A stretch of 64,000 nucleotides of DNA. Origin: Dehalococcoidia bacterium. GTDB lineage: Bacteria; Chloroflexota; Dehalococcoidia; Bin125. The stretch lies in assembly GCA_963555985.3 (NCBI GenBank), contig OY820591.1, positions 2,080,001-2,144,000 of the forward strand. The letters are read 5' to 3'. A program made the translations under genes and the position numbers. The notes beneath the pieces were generated by a model that saw only the letters and a list, made by a program, of their open reading frames with translations, searched no databases and was not told the origin of the DNA. Positions 47,251 to 56,353 of the stretch are shown here, one piece after another (position 1 is the stretch's first letter; every line of letters starts with the position of its first letter).

Positions 47251-48852
47251 TTAGCGGCGACGATGCTCCAGATCGTCGAGGAAGGTCTGAGCGTATTCCG
47301 CATCCCAGACTTCAGGCTGGATGGTGATCCGCAGGTTGTGCAGATACGACGCCGGCAGACGCAGGCCATCCACGTACAACAGCGCCGCGACCGCCAAGCG
47401 CGATTGCAAATCAGGGTAGTCCGGAATCGCGAACAGCATCCGTCCGTCGGCGACTCCGCGATAGATGCGCGCGTCCAGACCGAAGCTGGCCCAGGACATG
47501 TCGATCAGCTCACCGTCCTCTGTCAATTGCCAGATTCGCCGCGAGATGGAACTGTTCAGCGTCAGCAGCGACCCGACGCCTCCCTCGCCAATCCGCTCAA
47601 GGATCGCGGCCTCGATCTCGCCCGGTCCTATCAAATCGTGCACCCGCAGACGCTCGACCGCGCCGCTGTACGTCTCCTCAAGGCCGTCGCAGCGTTCTTC
47701 GAGGCCGATGTTGTTCGCCTCGTGGATGACGCAGAGCACCGTTCCCTCAATCTCGGCGGCGCTGAACGACTCTCCGGCCAGGCGTCCGGCTTCGTGGTCG
47801 TCTATGCCCAGGTGCAGCGACGATCCGCCCTCGGCGGCGGTGTCCGTGCCTGAGTTGAAGCTGATCACGCGCGTCCCGGCTGCCCGCGCCTCGGCCACAG
47901 CCGGGCCGATCGCCTCGGCGTCGCCGAACGTCGTCGCCACCGCCGCCGCGCCGTCCTCCACGCATTCGCGGATCGCGCCCGCCTGTTCCGCGCTGTCGGC
48001 GTAGCTGGCGATCCGCGGCGACAGCCCTAGCTGGGCCGCCGAACGCTCACTGACCTCGTTCGCCAGACCCCAGAAGAAGTCGCCAATCTCGCCCCGGTGC
48101 GTGACGACGCAGAAGAGCTCGTCGGCTTCCGGCAGGAGCGGCGTCACCGGCGTCGCCCAATAGAGCATCGGCGTATCAAGCTCGTTCGCCTTGCGCGCGC
48201 GGCCGGCGACAACAGCGGCGAGATCGCCCGTCGCGATCATCCCGTAGCCGTCGGCGTTCAGCAGCCAGTCGCTAATCTCGCGCTCCGCCGCCGCCAGGTC
48301 TTCGCCAAGCAACAACCGATCCACCTGCCCCGCGTACGAGCCCGCCAGACCCTCGCAGAGCAGATCAATCTCCTCCTCCACCAGTCCGTCCGAGATGCAG
48401 AGAAGCGGACGCAGCGGCTCGCCCGCCTGCTCCTGCACGCCCGTCCACCACCGCGCCGGCAGCGTGCCCGACTCCAGCCAGAACTCATGCACCTGACTCG
48501 CGATCGCTTCGGCGTGAGTCGCCGCCGACACCGCGATCTGCGAGCTGTGATAAGGCTGGCCCGATTCTGCCTCGAGGGACAAGAAGCGCGCCTCCGGACG
48601 GATCGTCGCGCCCCAGCCCCCGTCGGAATCTTGCTGTTGAAGTCCGACTTCGACCCGGCCATCATCGTGGCGTTCGGCCACGAGCCGGAGCTTGATACTC
48701 GATTCGGACGGTTCGCGCGCCTCGGCGCTGACGGATGGGGCCTCTTCGAACATCATCGGTCGCAACGCCGCACCCAGCGCAAACGCCGCCAGCAGGCTGA
48801 AGACCATGATCATCCAAGCTGCACGGGTCGGCAGTGCTCGAAAGTTGCGCAT
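47251..48852 (-). CDS. PBP1 substrate-binding-like protein, paralogue 4
   Basis: DGRVEVGLQQ, DFFWG, RVISFNSG, HEANNIGLEERC; RBS GAAGGA. Confidence 0.8.
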   Translation of the reverse strand: MRNFRALPTRAAWMIMVFSLLAAFALGAALRPMMFEEAPSVSAEAREPSESSIKLRLVAERHDDGRVEVGLQQQDSDGGWGATIRPEARFLSLEAESGQPYHSSQIAVSAATHAEAIASQVHEFWLESGTLPARWWTGVQEQAGEPLRPLLCISDGLVEEEIDLLCEGLAGSYAGQVDRLLLGEDLAAAEREISDWLLNADGYGMIATGDLAAVVAGRARKANELDTPMLYWATPVTPLLPEADELFCVVTHRGEIGDFFWGLANEVSERSAAQLGLSPRIASYADSAEQAGAIRECVEDGAAAVATTFGDAEAIGPAVAEARAAGTRVISFNSGTDTAAEGGSSLHLGIDDHEAGRLAGESFSAAEIEGTVLCVIHEANNIGLEERCDGLEETYSGAVERLRVHDLIGPGEIEAAILERIGEGGVGSLLTLNSSISRRIWQLTEDGELIDMSWASFGLDARIYRGVADGRMLFAIPDYPDLQSRLAVAALLYVDGLRLPASYLHNLRITIQPEVWDAEYAQTFLDDLEHRRR

Positions 48853-48988
48853 CGAAATTTCCTTCCCGAACGGAAACGGCAGCCGTATGCAAAGCGATCG
48901 CTCGTCGTGAGGCCTTATCTTATTCGCCGACGCAATCCAATCGCTCCGCGCGGGTATCGTTCGCGCGGCGCCGTAGAGGGAGCCGAAC

Positions 48989-49795
48989 ATGTCAGGAGCA
49001 CTTGACGGACAGGCAGCACTGATCACCGGCGGCGCCAGCGGCATCGGAGCCGCCTGCGCAGTGCGCTTCGCAGAGGAAGGCGCGGATGTCCTCCTCGCCG
49101 ACCTGCTCCCCGACCGCGCCGCCGACACGGTGGCGGCAGTCGAAGCGCTGGGCCGGCGAGCCGTGGTCGTGGCCTGCGACACCTCGACCGAAGCCGACAA
49201 CGATGCCGCAGCGCAGCGTTGTGTGGACGAGTTCGGCCGGCTCGATGTCGTCGTCGCCGCCGCCGGTGTCTCGACAGCCGACTACGTGTCGGGCGAAACC
49301 GCAGAGTTGGATGAGGACCGCACCGCGTCGTTTATCGCCAACCAGAATGTCGAGCACTGGGAGAAAGTGCTCGCGGTCAACCTGACCGGCGTGATGCTCA
49401 CCGACCGCTCCTGCGCGCGCAAGATGATTGAGCTCGGCAACGGCGGCTCGATCATCAACATCGCCTCGATCATGGCCAAGTTCCCCCAACCGGGCGCAGC
49501 CAACTACTGCGTCTCCAAGGCCGGCGTCTGGATGCTGACTAAGGTGCTCTCGCAGGAACTGGTGCCGGAGGGCATTCGCGTCAACGCCATCGGCCCTGGT
49601 TTCATCGAGACGCCGATGACGGCTGCCATCTCCGGTCACGAAGAGCTCAATCAGTGGGTGCTTGGCCTCACCCCCATGCGCCGCTTCGGACAGCCCGAGG
49701 AAGTCGCCAAAGTCGCCCTCTTCCTCGCCTCCGACGAAGCCTCCTACGTCAGCGGCGAAATCATCCACCCCGACGGCGGCTGGTTCACCGACTAA
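48989..49795 (+). CDS. SDR family oxidoreductase
   Basis: TGGASGIG, YCVSK, GIRVNAIGPG. Confidence 0.93.
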   Translation: MSGALDGQAALITGGASGIGAACAVRFAEEGADVLLADLLPDRAADTVAAVEALGRRAVVVACDTSTEADNDAAAQRCVDEFGRLDVVVAAAGVSTADYVSGETAELDEDRTASFIANQNVEHWEKVLAVNLTGVMLTDRSCARKMIELGNGGSIINIASIMAKFPQPGAANYCVSKAGVWMLTKVLSQELVPEGIRVNAIGPGFIETPMTAAISGHEELNQWVLGLTPMRRFGQPEEVAKVALFLASDEASYVSGEIIHPDGGWFTD

Positions 49796-49824
49796 CCGCT
49801 CCGCGCAATCCACAAGGACGCCTC

Positions 49825-51024
49825 ATGTCCGATTCCGCCGCCTGGTCCGCCGCGATCGACGCCATTGACGCCGCAGCAGCCTCCCTCCAAGCGCTCAGCC
49901 TCGACATCCACGCGCATCCCGAAGAGAACTACCAAGAAGTCCACGCACACGCCGCCCTGACCAGTTGGCTCGCCGAACACGGCTGGGACGTGACTCCGAG
50001 CGCATACGGTATGGAGACCGCCTTTGAGGCGCGCGGCGGTTCGACCGGCGCCGGCGCTCCCACCCTGGCCGTGCTCTGCGAGTACGACGCCCTGCCCGCA
50101 ATCGGACACGCCTGCGGACACAACCTCATCGCCGCCTCCGGCGTCGCCGCCGGCCTCGGCGTCGCCGCCGCCATCCGGCAAAGCGGTCTCGACGCCGCAA
50201 TCCGCATCCTCGGCTCTCCCGCCGAAGAAGGCGGCGGCGGCAAGATCAAGCTGATCGATGCGGGCGCGTTCGAAGACGTCGGCGCAGCGATGATGCTCCA
50301 TCCCGCCCCCGGCGACATGATTCGCCCCAGCGTGCTCGCGATCGACACCTGCATGGTCGAGTTCCAGGGCCGCAACGCGCACGCCGCCGCCGCGCCTTGG
50401 GAAGGCCGCAATGCGCTTGATGCGCTCGTGCTCGCCTACCAAGCGATCGGACTGTTGCGCCAGCAGTCCAAGCCCGACGTCCGCATTCACGGCAAGATTC
50501 ACCACGGCGGCGACAAGCCCAACATCATCCCCGACCGCGCCGCCGCCGAGTTCTACGTGCGCGGCAAAGACGACGCCACCGTCGATGACGTGATCGCGCG
50601 CGTCGAAGCCTGCTTCCGAGGCGCAGCCGAAGCCGCCGGCTGCACCGTCAGCGTCGAATGGCAGCCCGGCGAGCGCTACAGCAATATGGCCAACAACGAC
50701 GCCCTGGCCGAGACGTTCGGCCGGCGCTGGCTCGAGCTCGGCGTCCGCGCCTCCGACCTCGATCGCCCCGGAACCGGCGGCTTCGGCTCAACCGACATGG
50801 GCAACGTCTCCCACGTCGTGCCCTCGATCCACCCGATGTACGCCATCCCCACAGAGGCCGGCAACCACACCCCCGGCTTCACCGCCGCCGCTGCGACCGA
50901 CGACGCTCACACTGCCACCTTCACCGCCGCCAAAGCCCTAGCCCAAACCGCGCTCGACTGGCTCACGAACGCTGAGCTGCGCGAGGCGGCGCAGGCCGAC
51001 TTCGACGACACCCACAGCAGCTAG
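49825..51024 (+). CDS. M20 family amidohydrolase (ACY1L2/AbgB-like)
   Basis: EYDALP, HACGHN, PAEEGGGGK, GSTDMGNVS. Confidence 0.92.
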   Translation: MSDSAAWSAAIDAIDAAAASLQALSLDIHAHPEENYQEVHAHAALTSWLAEHGWDVTPSAYGMETAFEARGGSTGAGAPTLAVLCEYDALPAIGHACGHNLIAASGVAAGLGVAAAIRQSGLDAAIRILGSPAEEGGGGKIKLIDAGAFEDVGAAMMLHPAPGDMIRPSVLAIDTCMVEFQGRNAHAAAAPWEGRNALDALVLAYQAIGLLRQQSKPDVRIHGKIHHGGDKPNIIPDRAAAEFYVRGKDDATVDDVIARVEACFRGAAEAAGCTVSVEWQPGERYSNMANNDALAETFGRRWLELGVRASDLDRPGTGGFGSTDMGNVSHVVPSIHPMYAIPTEAGNHTPGFTAAAATDDAHTATFTAAKALAQTALDWLTNAELREAAQADFDDTHSS

Positions 51025-51404
51025 GGCCTGTTCACACAACCACGAGCGCGGTCGGCCCGCACGCGCGCTGGTCTCGAGGCTGAGCCTCGGCGCTCCCCTC
51101 CCCGCCCTCCTCCACCGAGGCGAAACCGGGTATGCTCAGAACATATACGCGCACGAATCCAATGGGAGACCGCTGTGTCCCGTGAACGCCTCGCTCCAAA
51201 CCTGAACAGTGCTGGACAAGCCCGGATTCACCTGGAAAAATCCACCCAAATCGGGATCAATCCAGACAAATCTGGACAGATCTGGACAAATCCAGACCCG
51301 CGAACGCATGATCCTCAGCGCTCAACAGGAGATCCGCTCAATCCCTCCGAAATTCTCCCGCCAAACAGCGCCGACACGCTTCGCGTAGTCTGAACATGTC
51401 CTAG
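51021..51404 (+). mobile_element. Putative MITE-like module with CTAG-ended imperfect inverted repeats (copy 2)
   Basis: CTAGGGCCTGTTCA (51021-51034) / TGAACATGTCCTAG (51391-51404), 12/14 match; internal -10, 12-mer, 72-aa ORF 51175-51393 and decamer array. Confidence 0.5.
51241..51300. repeat. 10-bp-period tandem array
   Basis: tccacccaaa/tcgggatcaa/tccagacaaa/tctggacaga/tctggacaaa/tccagacccg. Confidence 0.8.
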
Positions 51405-51422
51405 TCCCTGAAGGGAATCACG

Positions 51423-52049
51423 ATGCTCGATCACATCGTTCTGGCCACACCCGACGTGCAGGCGACGGTCGACGAGATCGCGGCGGCGACGGGAGTACGG
51501 GCCGCAGTGGGCGGACGTTTCACCGAGATGGGCGTCTACAACCATCTACTCGCCTTGCAGGAAGGCGCGTACCTGGAGATCATCGGTCCCGATCCCGAGC
51601 ATGAGGGCGGCGGCTCCATGCCCTTCGGCATGGATAGGGAGTCTGGACAAGGCGCGCACATTGCCCACTGGTGTTGGAAGGGCAACGAGCGGATCGACGA
51701 ACTCGCCGCTGCGATCAAGGACGCTGGCTATGACCTGGGGCCGGTCGTTCCGCTGGGGCGCGACCTGCCCGACGGCGGCCGACTTGACTGGCGGCTCACG
51801 ATCGGGACCTGGCCGCCACATCTCGGCGGGTTAATCCCATTCCTGATCGACTGGGGCGACGCGCCGCATCCCTCCACCACTGCCGTGCAGGGCGTGACGC
51901 TCGCATCCTGGCACGGCGAGCATCCAGACCTCGACGCCGTGCGCGCCGCCCATCGGGAGATGGGTATCGAGCTCGAACTGCGTGAAGCCAGTGAGTCTGC
52001 CCTGGTCGCCACGTTCCAGGGTCCCGAAGGCTCGATCACATATCGCTAA
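51423..52049 (+). CDS. VOC/glyoxalase-like protein (Glyoxalase_3 type)
   Basis: MLDHIVLATPD, YLEIIGPDP, LDWRLT, PFLIDWG. Confidence 0.88.
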   Translation: MLDHIVLATPDVQATVDEIAAATGVRAAVGGRFTEMGVYNHLLALQEGAYLEIIGPDPEHEGGGSMPFGMDRESGQGAHIAHWCWKGNERIDELAAAIKDAGYDLGPVVPLGRDLPDGGRLDWRLTIGTWPPHLGGLIPFLIDWGDAPHPSTTAVQGVTLASWHGEHPDLDAVRAAHREMGIELELREASESALVATFQGPEGSITYR

Positions 52050-52071
52050 CGAGGAGGCGAGGAGGACTGTC

Positions 52072-52701
52072 ATGCTCGATCACATCGTGCTCGCCACGCC
52101 GGACGTCCAGACTTCGGTCGCCGAGATTGAAGCGGCGATCGGTCTGCGCCCCGAACTCGGCGGGCACTTTCCCGGGCGCGGCGTGTACAACCATCTGCTC
52201 GCGCTCCAGAACGACGCCTACCTGGAGATCATCGGCCCGGATCCGGACCAGGCGGATCACGAAGGTTCGCTGCCGTTCGGGATGCACGAGTTCGGCGACC
52301 GGGGCGCGCACGTGCCGCACTGGTGCTGCAAGGCCGGCGCGGAGATTGAGGAACGCGTCGCGGCTGCGAAGGCGGCCGGCTACGACATCGGCGAGGTGTA
52401 CCCGCTGGGCCGTGTGCTCGCCGACGGGACCCGGCTCGACTGGCGCCTCACCCGTACGATCTGGCCGCCGCTGTTGGGCGGGCTCGTGCCGTTCCTGATC
52501 GACTGGGGAGACGCGCGGCATCCGTCAACGACTGCGGTCAAGGGCGCGCGCCTGGCTTCTTGGCACGGCGAACACCCCGACCTCGCCGAGGTGCGCCGTG
52601 CGCACGAGGCGCTGCGCGTCGAACTCGAACTCCGCGAAGCCACCGAGCCGGCCCTGGTCGCCGTGATCGAGGGACCGAACGGCTCGATCACGCTGCGCTA
52701 G
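52072..52701 (+). CDS. VOC/glyoxalase-like protein (tandem paralogue)
   Basis: Same motifs; RBS GGAGG. Confidence 0.88.
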   Translation: MLDHIVLATPDVQTSVAEIEAAIGLRPELGGHFPGRGVYNHLLALQNDAYLEIIGPDPDQADHEGSLPFGMHEFGDRGAHVPHWCCKAGAEIEERVAAAKAAGYDIGEVYPLGRVLADGTRLDWRLTRTIWPPLLGGLVPFLIDWGDARHPSTTAVKGARLASWHGEHPDLAEVRRAHEALRVELELREATEPALVAVIEGPNGSITLR

Positions 52702-52731
52702 ACCGCAGCAGACAACAGGGAGGAATCAACA

Positions 52732-53790
52732 ATGAAACTCGGACTCTCGTTGGGCTACTCGGGCGCATACATGTCGCTGCCCGTCGATCTCGTCCGCCGC
52801 GCGGAGGAGCTGGGCTACGACTCAGTCTGGACGGCTGAGGCCTACGGCTCCGACGCCTTCTCGCCGCTGGCCTACCTGGCCGCTGTGACCGAGAAGATTC
52901 GGCTCGGCACCGGGGTGATCCAGCTTGCGGGGCGGACGGCTGCCAACGCTGCGATGACAGCGGCGACGATCGACGCGCTGGCCGGCGGCGACCGCGTGAT
53001 TCTCGGGATCGGAGTCTCCGGTCCGCAGATCGTCGAAGGCTGGTACGGCGAGCCGTGGGGCAAGCCCAACACCAGGATCCGCGACTACGTCGCGATCATC
53101 CGCAAGATTCTCGCCCGCGAGGAACCGGTCACGCACGACGGCAAAGAAATCTCACTGCCCTACCAGGGTCCCGGCAGCGCCGGACTGGCCAAGCCGCTCA
53201 AGTCGATCCTGCACATGAATCCCAACATCCCGATCTGGCTGGGCACCGGCACCGAGATGAACGTGCGCATGACCGCTGAGGTCGCCGAAGGCTGGCTGCC
53301 GCTCGGCCTGACGCCCTACAACGCCGACCTGTTCGAGCCCTGGGTCGAAGAGGGCTTCAAGCGCGCCGAGGCCAAGTCCGACTCGCCGAAGTGGTGGCCC
53401 GACTTCGAGGTACAGTCCTCCGCCGAGGTCGAAATCACCGACGACCTGCGCGACGCCTTCCGCAAGATGAAGCCGAACGTCGCCCTCTACGTCGGCGGCA
53501 TGGGTCACCGCACGCTCAACTTCCACAAGATGTCGATGATCCGCCGCGGCTACGGCGACGCCGCCGAACGCATCCAGGAGCTCTACCTCGCCGGTCGCAA
53601 GGCTGAAGCGATCGAGGAGGTTCCCGAAGAGTTCCTCGACGAACAAGCGCTGCTCGGGCCGCCGGCCAGAATCCGCGAGCGCTACCAAGCCTGGGCCGAT
53701 AGCTACATCACCGGCCTCACGGTCAGGACAAACCAGCCCGAAGCGGTCGAGCTGATGGCCGATCTAGCCAGAGAGTCGTCGGGCGCGTAG
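52732..53790 (+). CDS. LLM-class, probably F420-dependent oxidoreductase
   Basis: YDSVWTAEAYGSDA, LGIGVSGPQIVEGWYG, ALYVGGMG. Confidence 0.9.
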   Translation: MKLGLSLGYSGAYMSLPVDLVRRAEELGYDSVWTAEAYGSDAFSPLAYLAAVTEKIRLGTGVIQLAGRTAANAAMTAATIDALAGGDRVILGIGVSGPQIVEGWYGEPWGKPNTRIRDYVAIIRKILAREEPVTHDGKEISLPYQGPGSAGLAKPLKSILHMNPNIPIWLGTGTEMNVRMTAEVAEGWLPLGLTPYNADLFEPWVEEGFKRAEAKSDSPKWWPDFEVQSSAEVEITDDLRDAFRKMKPNVALYVGGMGHRTLNFHKMSMIRRGYGDAAERIQELYLAGRKAEAIEEVPEEFLDEQALLGPPARIRERYQAWADSYITGLTVRTNQPEAVELMADLARESSGA

Positions 53791-53843
53791 CGCCTCTTAG
53801 ACTCCAGCATGGCTCTTCGCCAACCCTGAAAGGAAAGCCACCC

Positions 53844-54227
53844 ATGTCCGACGCCGAAGCGATTGTCAACGCCTTCATGGCCGAATTCGACGCCGAGCAT
53901 CCCGACCCGGACAAGCTCGCGTCCTACTTCACCGACGATGCGATCTACAACAACATGCCGGTGGATATGCCGGCGGCAGAAGGCATCGAGGCGATTAAGG
54001 CAGCCCTTCAGGGCATCTCGCAGATGACCTCGCGGGGCTGGGAAGTGACCCACTCGGCCTCGGCCGGCGATGTCGTCTTGAACGAGCGCGTCGACCGATT
54101 CACAATCGGCGGAGCCAGCGTCGACGTCGAGGTCTGCGGCGTCTTCGAACTGCGCGACGGCAAGATTCATCGCTGGCGCGACTACTTCGACATGGCCTCG
54201 TTCCAGAAGCAGATGCCCGGCGGCTAG
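53844..54227 (+). CDS. Limonene-1,2-epoxide hydrolase family protein
   Basis: DAIYNN.P, VLNERVDRF, GVFELRDGKIHRWRDYFD. Confidence 0.88.
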   Translation: MSDAEAIVNAFMAEFDAEHPDPDKLASYFTDDAIYNNMPVDMPAAEGIEAIKAALQGISQMTSRGWEVTHSASAGDVVLNERVDRFTIGGASVDVEVCGVFELRDGKIHRWRDYFDMASFQKQMPGG

Positions 54228-54234
54228 CGCTACC

Positions 54235-55167
54235 TCAGTCGCGGCCGAACGCCGCACGCAGTTCGGCCGCAATCTGGTCGAGGGCCTGGTTACCTTCGGG
54301 CACGGCCTGGAACGCACCCACGAAGCCGTGGATCACACCGTCGTAGCGGGTGCAGCTTGACTGGTTGCCGGCGGCGGCGAGGGCAGCGGCATAGGCTTCG
54401 CCTTCGTCGCGGAGCGAGTCGTACTCGGCGGTGATGGTCAGGGCTCTGGGCAGGTTGGAGAGGTCGTCGGCTCGGATCGGCGAGGCATAGGGCTGCGATC
54501 CCTCGGACTCGTCGTTCAGATACAGATCCCAGAACCAACGCATCCCCGCCTCCGAAAGACCGTACTCGCCGCGACCGTTGACCTTGTAGGACTCGGTCTC
54601 GAAGTTGAAGTCCGTGACCGGATAGATCAAGATCTGGGCAGCAATCTGCGGCCCGCCCCGATCGCGCGCCATCTGCGAGACCACGGCGGCCAAGTTGCCC
54701 CCGGCCGAGTCCCCGGCCACTGCGATCTGGTCGCTCGGGCCGCCCTGCTGGGCGTACATGCCGGTGATCCACTCGAGCGCCGCGTAGCAGTCCTCAGCCG
54801 CCGCCGGATAGGTCGCCTCCGGCGCGAGCCGATAGTCAACCGACAGCACGCTGGTCGGAACCCGGTTGCAGAGCGCTCGGCAAACCGCGTCGTGCGAGTC
54901 GAGGTCGCCGATCACCCAGCCGCCGCCGTGGAAGTAGACCACGGTCGGCAAGTCGCGCGGGTCGTCGGTGGGCAGGTAGCCGCGAGCGGGGATATCGCCG
55001 GCCGGTCCGGGGATGACCATCTCGTGGACCTGGGCGACGGGTTCGGGCTCGCCCTGTGGTCGCAGCGCGGCCATGGCCTTACGAGCTTCCTCGGGCGACA
55101 GTTCATTGAATGGCGTCGCGCCGGCTCGCATGTCAAGGATGGCCTGAGTTTCAGCGGTGACGGGCAT
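54235..55167 (-). CDS. HSL-family esterase/lipase
   Basis: HGGGW, DYRLAPE, GDSAGG, HGF. Confidence 0.92.
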   Translation of the reverse strand: MPVTAETQAILDMRAGATPFNELSPEEARKAMAALRPQGEPEPVAQVHEMVIPGPAGDIPARGYLPTDDPRDLPTVVYFHGGGWVIGDLDSHDAVCRALCNRVPTSVLSVDYRLAPEATYPAAAEDCYAALEWITGMYAQQGGPSDQIAVAGDSAGGNLAAVVSQMARDRGGPQIAAQILIYPVTDFNFETESYKVNGRGEYGLSEAGMRWFWDLYLNDESEGSQPYASPIRADDLSNLPRALTITAEYDSLRDEGEAYAAALAAAGNQSSCTRYDGVIHGFVGAFQAVPEGNQALDQIAAELRAAFGRD

Positions 55168-55233
55168 GGTGTCTCCTGTCGGTTGACTCTTGCGCTCCCC
55201 TCGCAAGGGGATGTCCACGCATCATCGAGATTC

Positions 55234-55330
55234 CGTCATTGCCGCGCTCCGCCGCGGCAATCTCGCCTTGTTGTGCACCGACGGCCGTGCCGAACACAGC
55301 CAGATACCCGCGGCAAGCGCGGGTATGACG
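55234..55330. repeat. Inverted CGTC-REP dimer
   Basis: CGTCATTGCCGCG..CGCGGCAATCTCG - spacer - CAGATACCCGCG..CGCGGGTATGACG; spacer resembles that of 10115-10236. Confidence 0.88.
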
Positions 55331-55354
55331 GTGGTATGTGGGCAGGTCTCCTGT

Positions 55355-56281
55355 CTAAATCCGCTCGTTGATGAAGGCGGCGGCTTCCTTGAGGCACTCG
55401 ACGCCGGTCGGGATGATCGCGAACATCATGAACGGGTCGTGAATCACGCCGTCGTAGCGGTGCACCGTCACCTCACCGCCCGCTGCCTCAATTGCCGCGC
55501 CGTAGGCCTCGCCCTCGTCGCGCAGGGGATCGAACTCGGCTGTCTGGATCAGCGCAGGGGCGAGACCGGAGAGGTCCCCGGCCTGCAAGGGCGATGCATA
55601 CGCTTCCTGGCCCGATCCGGCATTCGGGAGATAGTGATCCCAGAACCAGACCATCGAAGCGCGGGTCAGCAGATAGCCCTCGGCGTTCTCCGAGTAGGAC
55701 GGGTAGTCGTAGTTGTGATCGGTCACCGGCACGTGCAACACCTGCGCCGCGATCGCGGGGCCGCCCTTGTCGCGCGCCATCTGCGACACGACTGCTGAGA
55801 GATTGCCGCCGGCTGAGTCCCCGCAGACCGCCATCCGCGAACCGTCCACGCCGATCTCGGCGCCGTTCTCTGCCACCCACGCCGCCGCCGCGTAGCAGTC
55901 GTCGGCTGCGGCCGGGTACTTATGCTCTGGAGCGAGCCGATAATCGACCGAAACTACGGCCGCCTCACCAATCTCAGCTAAGAGCTGCTTGCAGGTGCCG
56001 TCGTGCGAGCCGATGTTGCCAATCACCCAACCGCCGCCGTGGAAGTACATCACCACCGGCAGGTTGTCGCCCGCTGAGGCGTAGATGCGCACCGGAATAT
56101 CGCCGCCGGGCCCGGGCACGGTGCGGTCTTCGACCCGCGCCGGCTCGGGCGCGCCGGCCTGCATCATGGCGAAGCCCTCGATCATGGCCCGCGCCTCTTC
56201 CGGCGTCTGCTCGGAGATATCCGGTCCGCCCTGCTGCTCCAGCATCGCCAACAGTCCCTGAGTCTCTGGTGTTGGGGGCAT
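55355..56281 (-). CDS. HSL-family esterase/lipase (tandem paralogue)
   Basis: HGGGW, DYRLAPEH, GDSAGG, DPLRDEG. Confidence 0.92.
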   Translation of the reverse strand: MPPTPETQGLLAMLEQQGGPDISEQTPEEARAMIEGFAMMQAGAPEPARVEDRTVPGPGGDIPVRIYASAGDNLPVVMYFHGGGWVIGNIGSHDGTCKQLLAEIGEAAVVSVDYRLAPEHKYPAAADDCYAAAAWVAENGAEIGVDGSRMAVCGDSAGGNLSAVVSQMARDKGGPAIAAQVLHVPVTDHNYDYPSYSENAEGYLLTRASMVWFWDHYLPNAGSGQEAYASPLQAGDLSGLAPALIQTAEFDPLRDEGEAYGAAIEAAGGEVTVHRYDGVIHDPFMMFAIIPTGVECLKEAAAFINERI

Positions 56282-56353
56282 GGATCACGCCTTTCTTCGT
56301 CAGTGTCTACGGATTGCGCCGCTTTGGTGCGCAGCGTGCGGGCAGGATAACCG

